Source: Candidatus Uhrbacteria bacterium | GTDB taxonomy: Bacteria > Patescibacteriota > Patescibacteriia > SG8-24 | Direction of reading: 5' to 3' | DNA: 55,876 nt | Assembly (NCBI GenBank): GCA_016205965.1 | Contig: JACQSM010000069.1 | Coordinates: 1-55,876, forward strand | Part shown: positions 1-7,283 of the stretch, one piece after another | Position numbering within the stretch: position 1 is the stretch's first letter | Layout of the letters: each line of letters begins with the position of its first letter | Position numbers and translations under genes: made by a program | The notes under the pieces: model-generated | Told to the model about the DNA's origin: nothing | Seen by the model: only the letters and a program-made list of their open reading frames with translations | Database searches by the model: none

Positions 1-11
1 GAGCCATGTGG

Positions 12-47
12 AACCGACCGTTGCAAAATGGTCGGTTTTACTTTTAT
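12..47 (+). terminator. Terminator-like hairpin directly after GAGCCATG at the window edge
   Basis: Stem accgacc (13-19) pairs with ggtcggt (30-36), followed by tttacttttatt. The window opens with gagcca, the same 6-mer that ends tRNA-Gln at 48017-48022. An upstream tRNA outside the window is possible but unseen. Confidence 0.35.
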
Positions 48-132
48 TCATCCGTATTTCCAAAAGGTTCGGACGCAACTTTATATAGTTAACCCAGTTT
101 TGACTAACTTTATAAAGTTTGTTAAGTTGGGT

Positions 133-141
133 TGGTAAAAT
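133..141 (+). promoter_or_regulatory. Extended -10 element TGGTAAAAT, 7 nt upstream of the Fic ATG (leaderless-type layout)
   Basis: Matches TGnTAAAAT. No Shine-Dalgarno lies between it and the ATG at 149. The same layout recurs at 2380, 10086 and 29062. Confidence 0.4.
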
Positions 142-148
142 ACTTTGT

Positions 149-1087
149 ATGACGACCCGCCAAAAGCTCGAAATAATCAAGAACGCCCTAGGGATGACCC
201 AGACAAAGCTCGCCGAAAAATTCGGCGTTTCTTTTGCAGCCTTCAACAGTTGGTGGACGGGGAAATCCGTTCCTCGTCCAAAAATGCAGGCAGCCATCGA
301 CGATCTGTTTCTGGAAGTGAGAGGGGAGAAAATTATTCCAGCCGATCAACTTACCGCAAAAAAACAATCGTTAAAGAAGCGGTCGGACGCTTATAAACGT
401 GTTGTCGATGAAATCCTGAACCACCCGGACATTCACGATCAATTCATACTTAAGCTCACCTATCACAGCAATCGTATCGAGGGCAGCACGCTCACGGAGC
501 CGGATACGGCAGCAATTCTTTTTGATAACGTCGCGCTGCCCGACAAAACCATGTCCGAGCAGCTTGAGGCAAAAAATCACCAGTCGGCCTTGAATTATTT
601 GTTTGACTACGTTCGGAACGAGGAGAAGCTTGACGAGGTATTCGTCCTCAAACTCCATGGCATTCTCATGAACGGCGTGCGTCCGGATGCCGGATCGTAT
701 CGTCGACACGCGGTGAGGATCGTAGGCGCAAATGTCCCGACAGCCAACTATCTGCGCGTGCCTGACTTGATCCCGGAGGTCATGAAAGAGATCACGAAGA
801 AACAACATGAAGGAGACATCATTCATGTGTCAGCAATCACTCACGCACGATTTGAACAGATTCATCCGTTTTCCGACGGCAACGGCCGCGTCGGACGGCT
901 TCTGATGAACGCCATGATGCTCGCGGCCAACTACGCGCCAGCCGTTATCCGTCAGGAACAAAAGCGATTGTATTATACGTACCTGAATAAGGCCCAAACC
1001 AAGGGTGATCATAGCCAACTGGAGGATTACCTATGTGACGCTGTTCAGGATGGGTTCAATATTCTCGCGCGCACGGATATGAAGTAG
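149..1087 (+). CDS. Fic-family adenylyltransferase with N-terminal HTH domain
   Basis: ORF 119..1087 starts at TTG and is trimmed to the first ATG. It has an HTH-like segment MTQTKLAEKFGVSFAAFNSWWTG and the canonical Fic motif HPFSDGNGRVGR (nt 863-898). The intramolecular inhibitory motif SNRIEG, i.e. [ST]xxxE[GN], is at nt 467-484. Confidence 0.9.
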   Translation: MTTRQKLEIIKNALGMTQTKLAEKFGVSFAAFNSWWTGKSVPRPKMQAAIDDLFLEVRGEKIIPADQLTAKKQSLKKRSDAYKRVVDEILNHPDIHDQFILKLTYHSNRIEGSTLTEPDTAAILFDNVALPDKTMSEQLEAKNHQSALNYLFDYVRNEEKLDEVFVLKLHGILMNGVRPDAGSYRRHAVRIVGANVPTANYLRVPDLIPEVMKEITKKQHEGDIIHVSAITHARFEQIHPFSDGNGRVGRLLMNAMMLAANYAPAVIRQEQKRLYYTYLNKAQTKGDHSQLEDYLCDAVQDGFNILARTDMK

Positions 1088-1098
1088 GAATTTTAAGT

Positions 1099-1383
1099 AT
1101 GGAAATCCATTCAAATCAAGAAATTCTTGAGCGTCGGAAGGAAATCGAGCAGGAACTCGAGGATATGCTCAAGGAGACCGAGAGCGATTTTTCATTGCAG
1201 GATGTGAAAAACTCGATTTTTCGCGAAGAAGACAATGACGACATGATGAAAATCGTGATGATGTTCGATCGCGGCGGAGACAGCTCGGAATTGAGCAATG
1301 TTCTTGAGCTCGTGACGGACGCATGGAATTATTTTCCGCATGCGGCCATCGGCGGCAAGGCCCCGGTCGAGATGTTGCGGTAA
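1099..1383 (+). CDS. Small acidic hypothetical protein (94 aa)
   Basis: Starts 11 nt after the Fic stop and ends 3 nt before the next gene. It is Glu/Asp-rich and has no motif I recognise. Confidence 0.6.
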   Translation: MEIHSNQEILERRKEIEQELEDMLKETESDFSLQDVKNSIFREEDNDDMMKIVMMFDRGGDSSELSNVLELVTDAWNYFPHAAIGGKAPVEMLR

Positions 1384-1386
1384 AAT

Positions 1387-2130
1387 ATGAAACCGTCGTT
1401 TGATTTAGACAAAATCAAATTCGCTACGGATCAGCCGACTTATGAGAAAGCGGTTGATCTGTATGAGTCTGGAAAAGTGACACGATTTGAGGAAGGAATC
1501 GGCTCTTATTCGGCTGTAGTGCTCGGGTCTCGCCCTTATCGTGTTTCAATTGAGGCACGGCGGTTCGGTTTGGGAAATTGCGAATGTTATCTCGGCCAAC
1601 AAGATATGCTTTGCAAACACATGGTCGCCTTATCAATTTGTGCCATAATGGGCGACAAAAAATTGACCAAGGAAGAAAAGAATCGTGTCAGTAGCCCTGT
1701 TTGTAGCGGTAAACGGGGAGAATTAAGCAAAAATGATTTGGCTCAAACGAAAATGGCCATCACCTCGGCCGTGAAATACATCAAAGGCTATAACGGACCC
1801 TCTCGCCTCTGGTTTTCCTATCAAAATTCGCTTGATGAAGGTTGCGCCCGATTGGCTAAATTGGTTTCTGATTTGCCCGTAAGCGAGCAAACCGCCGCAC
1901 TGCCGGTTGATTTACTGTTACGTCTGGATAAAAAGTTGTGCGCGGGTGGCGTCGACGATTCCAACGGTACGGTTGGCGGCTTTATCCAAGAAGTCGTTTT
2001 AATGCTTCAAGAATATGCAAAACTCGATCAAAAATGCATTAAGACGTTTGAAAAGCTATGCGGTAAAGAGACCTGTTTCGGCTGGGAGGAGCCGTTGGTG
2101 AGGATAGTCGATGAGGGTTTGGGCGAATAG
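1387..2130 (+). CDS. SWIM zinc-finger domain protein
   Basis: CECYLGQQDMLCKH fits the SWIM signature CxCx(n)CxH. The C-terminal half looks helical and Cys-containing. The gene is tightly coupled to the two upstream genes. Confidence 0.8.
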   Translation: MKPSFDLDKIKFATDQPTYEKAVDLYESGKVTRFEEGIGSYSAVVLGSRPYRVSIEARRFGLGNCECYLGQQDMLCKHMVALSICAIMGDKKLTKEEKNRVSSPVCSGKRGELSKNDLAQTKMAITSAVKYIKGYNGPSRLWFSYQNSLDEGCARLAKLVSDLPVSEQTAALPVDLLLRLDKKLCAGGVDDSNGTVGGFIQEVVLMLQEYAKLDQKCIKTFEKLCGKETCFGWEEPLVRIVDEGLGE

Positions 2131-2143
2131 ACCGTTTTGGATT

Positions 2144-2165
2144 ATTGGATTAATAATCCAATTTT
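2144..2165 (+). terminator. Intrinsic terminator after the SWIM gene
   Basis: Stem attggatt / aatccaat with loop aat, followed by ttt. Confidence 0.5.
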
Positions 2166-2257
2166 ACGCCGCCAAACACGCCAACCCGCGTAGCTTCGCC
2201 GTGCTCACCCGGGCCGCGCGGTAGACCTCGGGCAATTCGGTAAACACGTATACGTCG

Positions 2258-2338
2258 GAGCCATGAGCGGACGTGTGTGGCGACCCACATGCGTCTGGTC
2301 AAAAGCCAGCCAAGAAATTGGCTGGCTTTTGTGTTTTT
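2258..2338 (+). repeat. Two-hairpin element, copy 1 (diverged)
   Basis: The first 46 nt (gagccatgagcggacGtGtgtggcgacccacatgcgtctggtcaaa) differ at 2 positions from copies at 48017 and 49620. They are followed by a different 10-bp stem agccagccaa/ttggctggct with a GAAA loop and a T-rich tail. Confidence 0.8.
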
Positions 2339-2379
2339 CAAGCACACGCATCAACGGTATGGGAGCAGCCGCCGGAATC

Positions 2380-2388
2380 TGCTAAAAT
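2380..2388 (+). promoter_or_regulatory. Extended -10 element TGCTAAAAT, 9 nt upstream of the ATG at 2398
   Basis: It sits within the 12-mer GAATCTGCTAAA (2375-2386), which is repeated identically at 10081-10092 with the same spacing to an ATG. Confidence 0.45.
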
Positions 2389-2397
2389 GCGGATACC

Positions 2398-2760
2398 ATG
2401 ACCGAGCAACTGAAAACCTACCTCATCTATTTTTTGACGGGAGGGACGGTGACCGCCCTTATCGTCGGATTCGAGCGGAGCGGCAATAGGATGCTTTCCG
2501 GACTCGCGACGCTCGTACCGGTCTTTACGGTCGTTGCCTATCTCTTCATCGGCGATACGAAAGGCGGCGGAGCGGTTTCACAGCATGCCTGGCTCGTGCT
2601 TTTCGGTTCGCTCGCCTCGTGGGTTCCTTACATGATCGCGGTGGCGATCCTGGCTCCCAAGGTCGGTCCGCACAAGGCTATTCCCATCGGCCTCGCCGTA
2701 TTCTTCGTCTGCGCGCTTGCGTATCTGGAAGTCATACGCCGATACAAGCTGTTTCAGTAG
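2398..2760 (+). CDS. GlpM/DUF3147-like small integral membrane protein
   Basis: 120 aa with about 4 hydrophobic helices. The pattern LSGLATLVPVFTVVAYLFIG resembles the AGLxPLFPxF region of the GlpM family. Confidence 0.7.
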   Translation: MTEQLKTYLIYFLTGGTVTALIVGFERSGNRMLSGLATLVPVFTVVAYLFIGDTKGGGAVSQHAWLVLFGSLASWVPYMIAVAILAPKVGPHKAIPIGLAVFFVCALAYLEVIRRYKLFQ

Positions 2761-2902
2761 TTCGAGAATCCCGTCTTCCGACGATCGCGCGTTGCCGATC
2801 GAGCGATGAGCCGCGGGAGTATTGATCGTCAGGTTTCCAGCCCTCGGTGAAAGTGCTACCATTGGTGCGTATGCCCGCGTTCATCATTTATTTTGATAAT
2901 CC

Positions 2903-2932
2903 AGCCAGCCGCTAAGCTGGCTTTTGATTTTT
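2903..2932 (+). terminator. Hairpin agccagc/gctggct plus T-tract, abutting the next start codon
   Basis: A 7-bp stem with loop cgctaa, then tttgattttt. The stem sequence resembles hairpin 2 of repeat copy 1 (2304-2327). It could be a terminator or a 5' leader structure. Confidence 0.4.
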
Positions 2933-4927
2933 ATGCGTAAAAAGCTGTTCGTGAGTGCGTTCGGCGGCGCGCTGCTGGTTTTTGCTCAAATAGCTTCGGC
3001 GCAGACCGGAGCGGCGGTTCCCGAGTGCCAATTCACCGCCGCGCCGACGCCGGAACAACTCGCCGCCTGCCAGCAGGCGCAAGCCGCCGCGGCGCAGGCG
3101 CAGCAACAGGGTCAGCAGCCGCCCGCCGGCGCCGAGAACGGAGAGTCGTCAGGCCTGCCGCAGCCGCCTTCGGAGATGGGCCCGCCGGAAGGCGTCCAAA
3201 TGGGACCATCACCGGAGCAGATGGCCAAAATCAATGAGGCCAAACTCAAAGGGATGAAGTCAGGATTGAAAGGCATGCAGGCTGGGTATGCCAAGATCAA
3301 GGCGCAATACGACAAGATCGAGAAGGCGGGCACATTGATTCCGCAGGCCGACAAGGATGGACTGGCCGAAGCGCGCGGGCTCATCGATACCGTCAAGAAT
3401 GCGACGACCGCGGCGGAGATCGAGGATATCGATACTGATCATTTCAGCGATCTGCTGGAGAAGCTGAGCGCGGACATCGGCGATCTGCGGCAGCAGGCGG
3501 AGATGCTGAAGGGGCTGAAGCAAGCCGCGAAGGGCATGAAGACCGGCATCAAGATGTTCGATACGCAGATCGCCAAGCTGACAAAGCAGAACATCGCGGT
3601 TCCCGCCGACATCGCGGACATCCTCGGCCAAGTCAAAGCGCTCATCGCCGGAATCGAGGGGAACAAGTCCTGGGACGACCTCCAAGCCCTCGGCATCGAG
3701 AACGTCGACGAGCTGTTCGACAAGCTCGATGACGGCCGGGAGCGGATCGTCATGCTGGGCCGATGGCCGCAGGCGATCAAGCAGGTCGATAAGCAGCTCG
3801 CCGCCATGGACAAGACCGCCGTCCGTCTGAAGGCGCTCGCGGACAAGCTCAAGGGCGGAGAGATCGACGTCGCGGAGCGGCAGGCGCAGTATGCGGCCGG
3901 CGTCGCGGACCTGCGCAAGGCGCGCAATGACGCCGACGCGCTTGTCAAGGCCGGCGGCGGCACCGAAGCCTTCGACCTTCTCGAGACCGGGTTCTTCGAC
4001 AAGCTGGACGGCATCATCGAAAACCAGCGCGTCATCGAGACCATGGCCAACATGGGCAGGTTCGTGTCGGAATACCGCAAGGCGAGCCTGTCGATTCAGC
4101 AGCAGCTCGCCGCCCTCGCCAAGAAGAAAGTTGACACGACCGAACTGAAATCCCTCTTCGCCCAGTTCAAGGCCAAGGGAGACTCGATCGCCGCGCTGCT
4201 CAAGGTCAAGCCCATCGATACCGACGCCGTCCTGGCGGCGGTCAACGAGTTCGAGGATCTGCGCCTCGCGGCGTTGGATAAGATCGATGCCGCCCGAGGC
4301 GGCGCGGTCATGCCGTGGGATACGGGCGCGGTGACCGTCAAGGAAATCAAGATCCCCAAGGCGATGGATACCTTCATCGAGAGCAATAAAGAAAAGGAGC
4401 TGAAGACCGAACAGGCGAAACCGCCGGTCGCGCCGCCGGCCCCCACGGTCTCCGGCGAGGGGCTGTTGATCGAAGCGGAGAACGAGAACGCGAGCCACAT
4501 CCTGCCGCTGGCGCAGCGTCCGGCGACCAACATGAAGGAGATCAATCCCGGCTGGCGTCCGCCGTACTCCGGCACGGGTGATTGGTATCTCGCGGCCAAG
4601 GGCGAATGGTTGTCGTATGACTTCACCGTGGCTCAGGATGGCGCTTACAACGTTTGGGTGCGCGATTACGTCGATAAGTTCCAGCCCAAAGGCGTGCGCC
4701 GCTTCGTCGTGAGCTTCGATGGCGCGGCCTACGGCACGTTCGCCGAAGTCGACAAGCCGACGTCGAGCGCGAAAGGCGATTTCGGGTGGCATAAGGTCGG
4801 CGCGGGCATCCCGCTGTCGGCGGGGACGCATACCATGAAGGTAATGAAGGAGGACACGACGAGCGGCGCGGCGGTGCTCGACGCCTTCTACCTTACTGTG
4901 GGCGGCGAGACTCCGGCGGAGAAATAA
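2933..4927 (+). CDS. Secreted coiled-coil protein with C-terminal carbohydrate-binding-module-like domain
   Basis: Signal peptide MRKKLFVSAFGGALLVFAQIASAQ, then a Q/A/P-rich linker and a long Lys/Asp/Ala-rich helical region. The C-terminus starts LLIEAENE...DWYLAAKGEWLSYDFTV...GTHTMKV...LDAFYLT, typical of CBM6/35-like beta sandwiches. Confidence 0.8.
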   Translation: MRKKLFVSAFGGALLVFAQIASAQTGAAVPECQFTAAPTPEQLAACQQAQAAAAQAQQQGQQPPAGAENGESSGLPQPPSEMGPPEGVQMGPSPEQMAKINEAKLKGMKSGLKGMQAGYAKIKAQYDKIEKAGTLIPQADKDGLAEARGLIDTVKNATTAAEIEDIDTDHFSDLLEKLSADIGDLRQQAEMLKGLKQAAKGMKTGIKMFDTQIAKLTKQNIAVPADIADILGQVKALIAGIEGNKSWDDLQALGIENVDELFDKLDDGRERIVMLGRWPQAIKQVDKQLAAMDKTAVRLKALADKLKGGEIDVAERQAQYAAGVADLRKARNDADALVKAGGGTEAFDLLETGFFDKLDGIIENQRVIETMANMGRFVSEYRKASLSIQQQLAALAKKKVDTTELKSLFAQFKAKGDSIAALLKVKPIDTDAVLAAVNEFEDLRLAALDKIDAARGGAVMPWDTGAVTVKEIKIPKAMDTFIESNKEKELKTEQAKPPVAPPAPTVSGEGLLIEAENENASHILPLAQRPATNMKEINPGWRPPYSGTGDWYLAAKGEWLSYDFTVAQDGAYNVWVRDYVDKFQPKGVRRFVVSFDGAAYGTFAEVDKPTSSAKGDFGWHKVGAGIPLSAGTHTMKVMKEDTTSGAAVLDAFYLTVGGETPAEK

Positions 4928-4948
4928 AGCAGTTTCTCGTTGGCGATC

Positions 4949-4977
4949 TTGCTACGCCGGCCGCTCGGTGCTAGACT
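4949..4977 (+). promoter_or_regulatory. Sigma70-type promoter of the copper operon (TTGCTA-17-TGcTAGACT)
   Basis: -35 TTGCTA at 4949-4954, a 17-nt spacer, TG at 4969-4970 and -10 TAGACT at 4972-4977. An inverted repeat TGCTA-N9-TAGCA (4969-4987) overlaps the -10 and could be an operator. Confidence 0.5.
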
Positions 4978-5005
4978 GTCGATAGCAATAATCAGGATAA
5001 GCTCC

Positions 5006-5386
5006 ATGAAGCGATTTATTGCCGTCATACTCCTATCGTTGTTCCTCGCTTTCGGCGCGCTGTTCGCGGCCATGAGCGCCGGTTTTGTGCATTCGGCGCA
5101 TGGTTCCATGGCGGCGGCGCCTTCCTGCATGACGGCGTTTTGCCCGGCATCGGAAAATGACGGTCCGACGGCGGCCATGGATTGCTTCAGTCATTGCCTC
5201 TCGGCCGCGGTGAAGGAATTTCCCGCGTCGCCGGTGTTGCCCGCCCTCTTCTTTATCGTGTTGCTGTTGATGGTGTCGGGCCGAAGTTTGTCCACTGTTT
5301 TTGAGGACAATGTCCGGCGCTTCTCCGATATCATAGGAAGATTGCTGCTTCGGCAGAGGCTTTCCACCGTCGTTTTACGGAATTAA
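5006..5386 (+). CDS. Small membrane protein with Cys/His/Met-rich exposed loop
   Basis: The ATG is preceded by AGGA. N-terminal helix MKRFIAVILLSLFLAFGALFAA, motifs CMTAFC and CFSHC plus several Met/His, and a second helix LPALFFIVLLLMV. It is the first gene downstream of the copper promoter. Confidence 0.6.
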   Translation: MKRFIAVILLSLFLAFGALFAAMSAGFVHSAHGSMAAAPSCMTAFCPASENDGPTAAMDCFSHCLSAAVKEFPASPVLPALFFIVLLLMVSGRSLSTVFEDNVRRFSDIIGRLLLRQRLSTVVLRN

Positions 5387-5464
5387 ACCAGGCGTCAGCG
5401 CATGGGGTACGAACGTGCTCCCATGCGTGAGGCGTCTGGTTTTTGTATTCCGTAATACGGTTCT

Positions 5465-7063
5465 ATGCAGGTAACGCTAAGAGTCACGAACTTAACGAAG
5501 GAGACCGCGAAAAACTTCGAAAATGTCGCGGCCTCCATCGAGAATGTAATGGCCGTCGACACGTGGCCGGGCAGGGCGGAGATCGACGTCCTGAAGGAGG
5601 AAGCGATTCCCGCGATTGTCGCCGCGCTCCGCGCGTCCGGCTTCGAGGTTCGCACGGAAAATGAAACGGCGGTTTCCGCCGGTCAGGCCGATGAGACGCA
5701 TCACGTCTACGTCGACGGCATGACCTGCCGGAGCTGCGAAATCACCATCGAACGGAAATTCAAGCGCGTCCGCGGCGTGCGCCGCGCCGACGCCGATGCC
5801 GCCCGCGGCGTCGTGAAACTCGTCTGCGAGGGCGGCTGCGTGCCGGACATCGGCGAACTTCGCGGGGCGCTCAAGGGGCATGAGTATTCGGTGCGGCGCG
5901 TCGGCGCGGGCGATGCCGAGCCGCAAGGAGAACGGCCGTCGTTCATGCGGCTGGTCGGCTTGTTCGCGTTCGTCATCCTGCTCGGTTCGCTGCTTTCGAA
6001 GCTCGGCCTCTTCCGGCAGCAATTCAACGTCGCGGGTTCGATGAGCCTCGCGGCGGCGCTCACGCTCGGCCTCGTCGCCGGTTCTTCGTCGTGCATCGCC
6101 GTTTCGGGCGGGCTGCTGCTTTCATCGGCGGCGAAATTCCGGGAACGCTATGGCGGCCTGTCGGCAACCGGGCGCATGCGGCCGGTCTTCATGTTCGTCG
6201 CCGGCCGCACCCTCTCCTACGGCCTTCTCGGCGGCGCCATCGCCGCGATCGGCAAGGCGTTCACGCCCTCGCCGCTCGTCACCGGCGCGCTCATCGTCGC
6301 CGCCGCCGTCTTCATGCTGGTCATGGGGCTGGACATGCTCAAGATCGCGCCCCGATGGCTCAAGTCGGTCCTGCCGCGCATGCCCAAGTCGCTCTCGCAC
6401 CGGATCTTGGACGCCGAAGGGAAAGAACATCCCGTCATGCCATTCCTGCTCGGCGCGAGCACGTTCTTCCTGCCCTGCGGCTTCACCCAGTCGCTGCAGC
6501 TCTATGCGCTGACGGCGGGAAGCTTCCTGAAAGGCGGGCTGATCCTCGGCGCCTTCGCCCTCGGGACCGCGCCGGCGCTTCTGGCGCTCGGCTGGGCTTC
6601 GAGTTCTTTGAAAGGCAAAGCGGGCCGGCTGTTCTTCCAGTTCTCGGGAGCGCTCGTCATCGTCCTGGGCCTGTGGAACGTCCAGAACGGATTCACCGTG
6701 GCCGGATACCCGCTCTCCTTGCCGGAGCTTGGCACGGGAGCCGTCGCGGCCGGCAACGGCGCGAACGTCGATGTGCCGGAGGTCGTCGATGGCGTACAGG
6801 TCATCAGGATGGCGGTCGGCGGCTCGGATGCGCCGTATTCTCCTGACACGCTCACGGTGAAGGCTGGTATTCCGGTGCGTTGGGAGATCGACGGCGTCAA
6901 CGTCGCCGGCTGCATCTCCTACCTGCAGTCGAGGAAGCTCGGTATCGGCATACAGCTGCGCCAAGGGCTCAACGTCGTCGAATTCACGCCGAAGACGCCA
7001 GGGACGTACGCTTTCAGCTGCTCCATGGGCATGTTCCGAGGCACGATCGAGGTCGTTTCTTAA
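5465..7063 (+). CDS. HMA domain / DsbD_2 (TauE-like) membrane protein / cupredoxin-like fusion
   Basis: An N-terminal Cys-less ferredoxin-like segment is followed by a canonical HMA domain (VDGMTCRSCE). The polytopic core carries conserved Cys (SSSCIAV, FFLPCGFTQ). The C-terminal cupredoxin-like part reads TLTVKAGIPVRWEI...GTYAFSCSMGMFRGTIEVV. Confidence 0.85.
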   Translation: MQVTLRVTNLTKETAKNFENVAASIENVMAVDTWPGRAEIDVLKEEAIPAIVAALRASGFEVRTENETAVSAGQADETHHVYVDGMTCRSCEITIERKFKRVRGVRRADADAARGVVKLVCEGGCVPDIGELRGALKGHEYSVRRVGAGDAEPQGERPSFMRLVGLFAFVILLGSLLSKLGLFRQQFNVAGSMSLAAALTLGLVAGSSSCIAVSGGLLLSSAAKFRERYGGLSATGRMRPVFMFVAGRTLSYGLLGGAIAAIGKAFTPSPLVTGALIVAAAVFMLVMGLDMLKIAPRWLKSVLPRMPKSLSHRILDAEGKEHPVMPFLLGASTFFLPCGFTQSLQLYALTAGSFLKGGLILGAFALGTAPALLALGWASSSLKGKAGRLFFQFSGALVIVLGLWNVQNGFTVAGYPLSLPELGTGAVAAGNGANVDVPEVVDGVQVIRMAVGGSDAPYSPDTLTVKAGIPVRWEIDGVNVAGCISYLQSRKLGIGIQLRQGLNVVEFTPKTPGTYAFSCSMGMFRGTIEVVS

Positions 7064-7076
7064 CCTCTCATTCAGT

Positions 7077-7283
7077 ATGACAACCACACTCATCATCACC
7101 GGCATGCACTGCGCTTCATGCAAAGCGCTCATCGAAGACGTCTGCTCGGAGATCGCCGGCGTGCGCTCTTGTTCGGTCGATGTCGCCAAAGGCGAAGCGG
7201 TCGTCGAACACGACGAGTCCGTCGCTCCGTCGCTCCTCGCGAAGGAAATCGAAGGGCTCGGTAAATACGGCGTCCGCGTATGA
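7077..7283 (+). CDS. copZ: CopZ-like copper chaperone (single HMA domain)
   Basis: 68 aa with [14 protein letters not shown], the GMxCxxC motif. Confidence 0.9.
   Translation: MTTTLIITGMHCASCKALIEDVCSEIAGVRSCSVDVAKGEAVVEHDESVAPSLLAKEIEGLGKYGVRV

Noticed and set aside
2131-2257. Possible decayed tRNA immediately upstream of repeat copies 1 and 3 (also 49560-49619)
   Set aside because: I tried to fold acceptor and T-arm structures and found none. Only the GAGCCA hexamer is shared with the tRNA-Gln end.
2761-2900. 140-nt unassigned segment after the glpM-like gene, as a possible riboswitch or small RNA
   Set aside because: I could recognise no conserved riboswitch core or convincing extended structure. 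It may be a 3' UTR or a promoter region. It is mentioned only in the AGCCAGC hairpin finding.
3260-4831. 523-aa minus-strand ORF, plus nested ORFs, opposite the secreted coiled-coil protein
   Set aside because: This is a shadow frame. The + strand frame has a signal peptide and a coherent domain layout.
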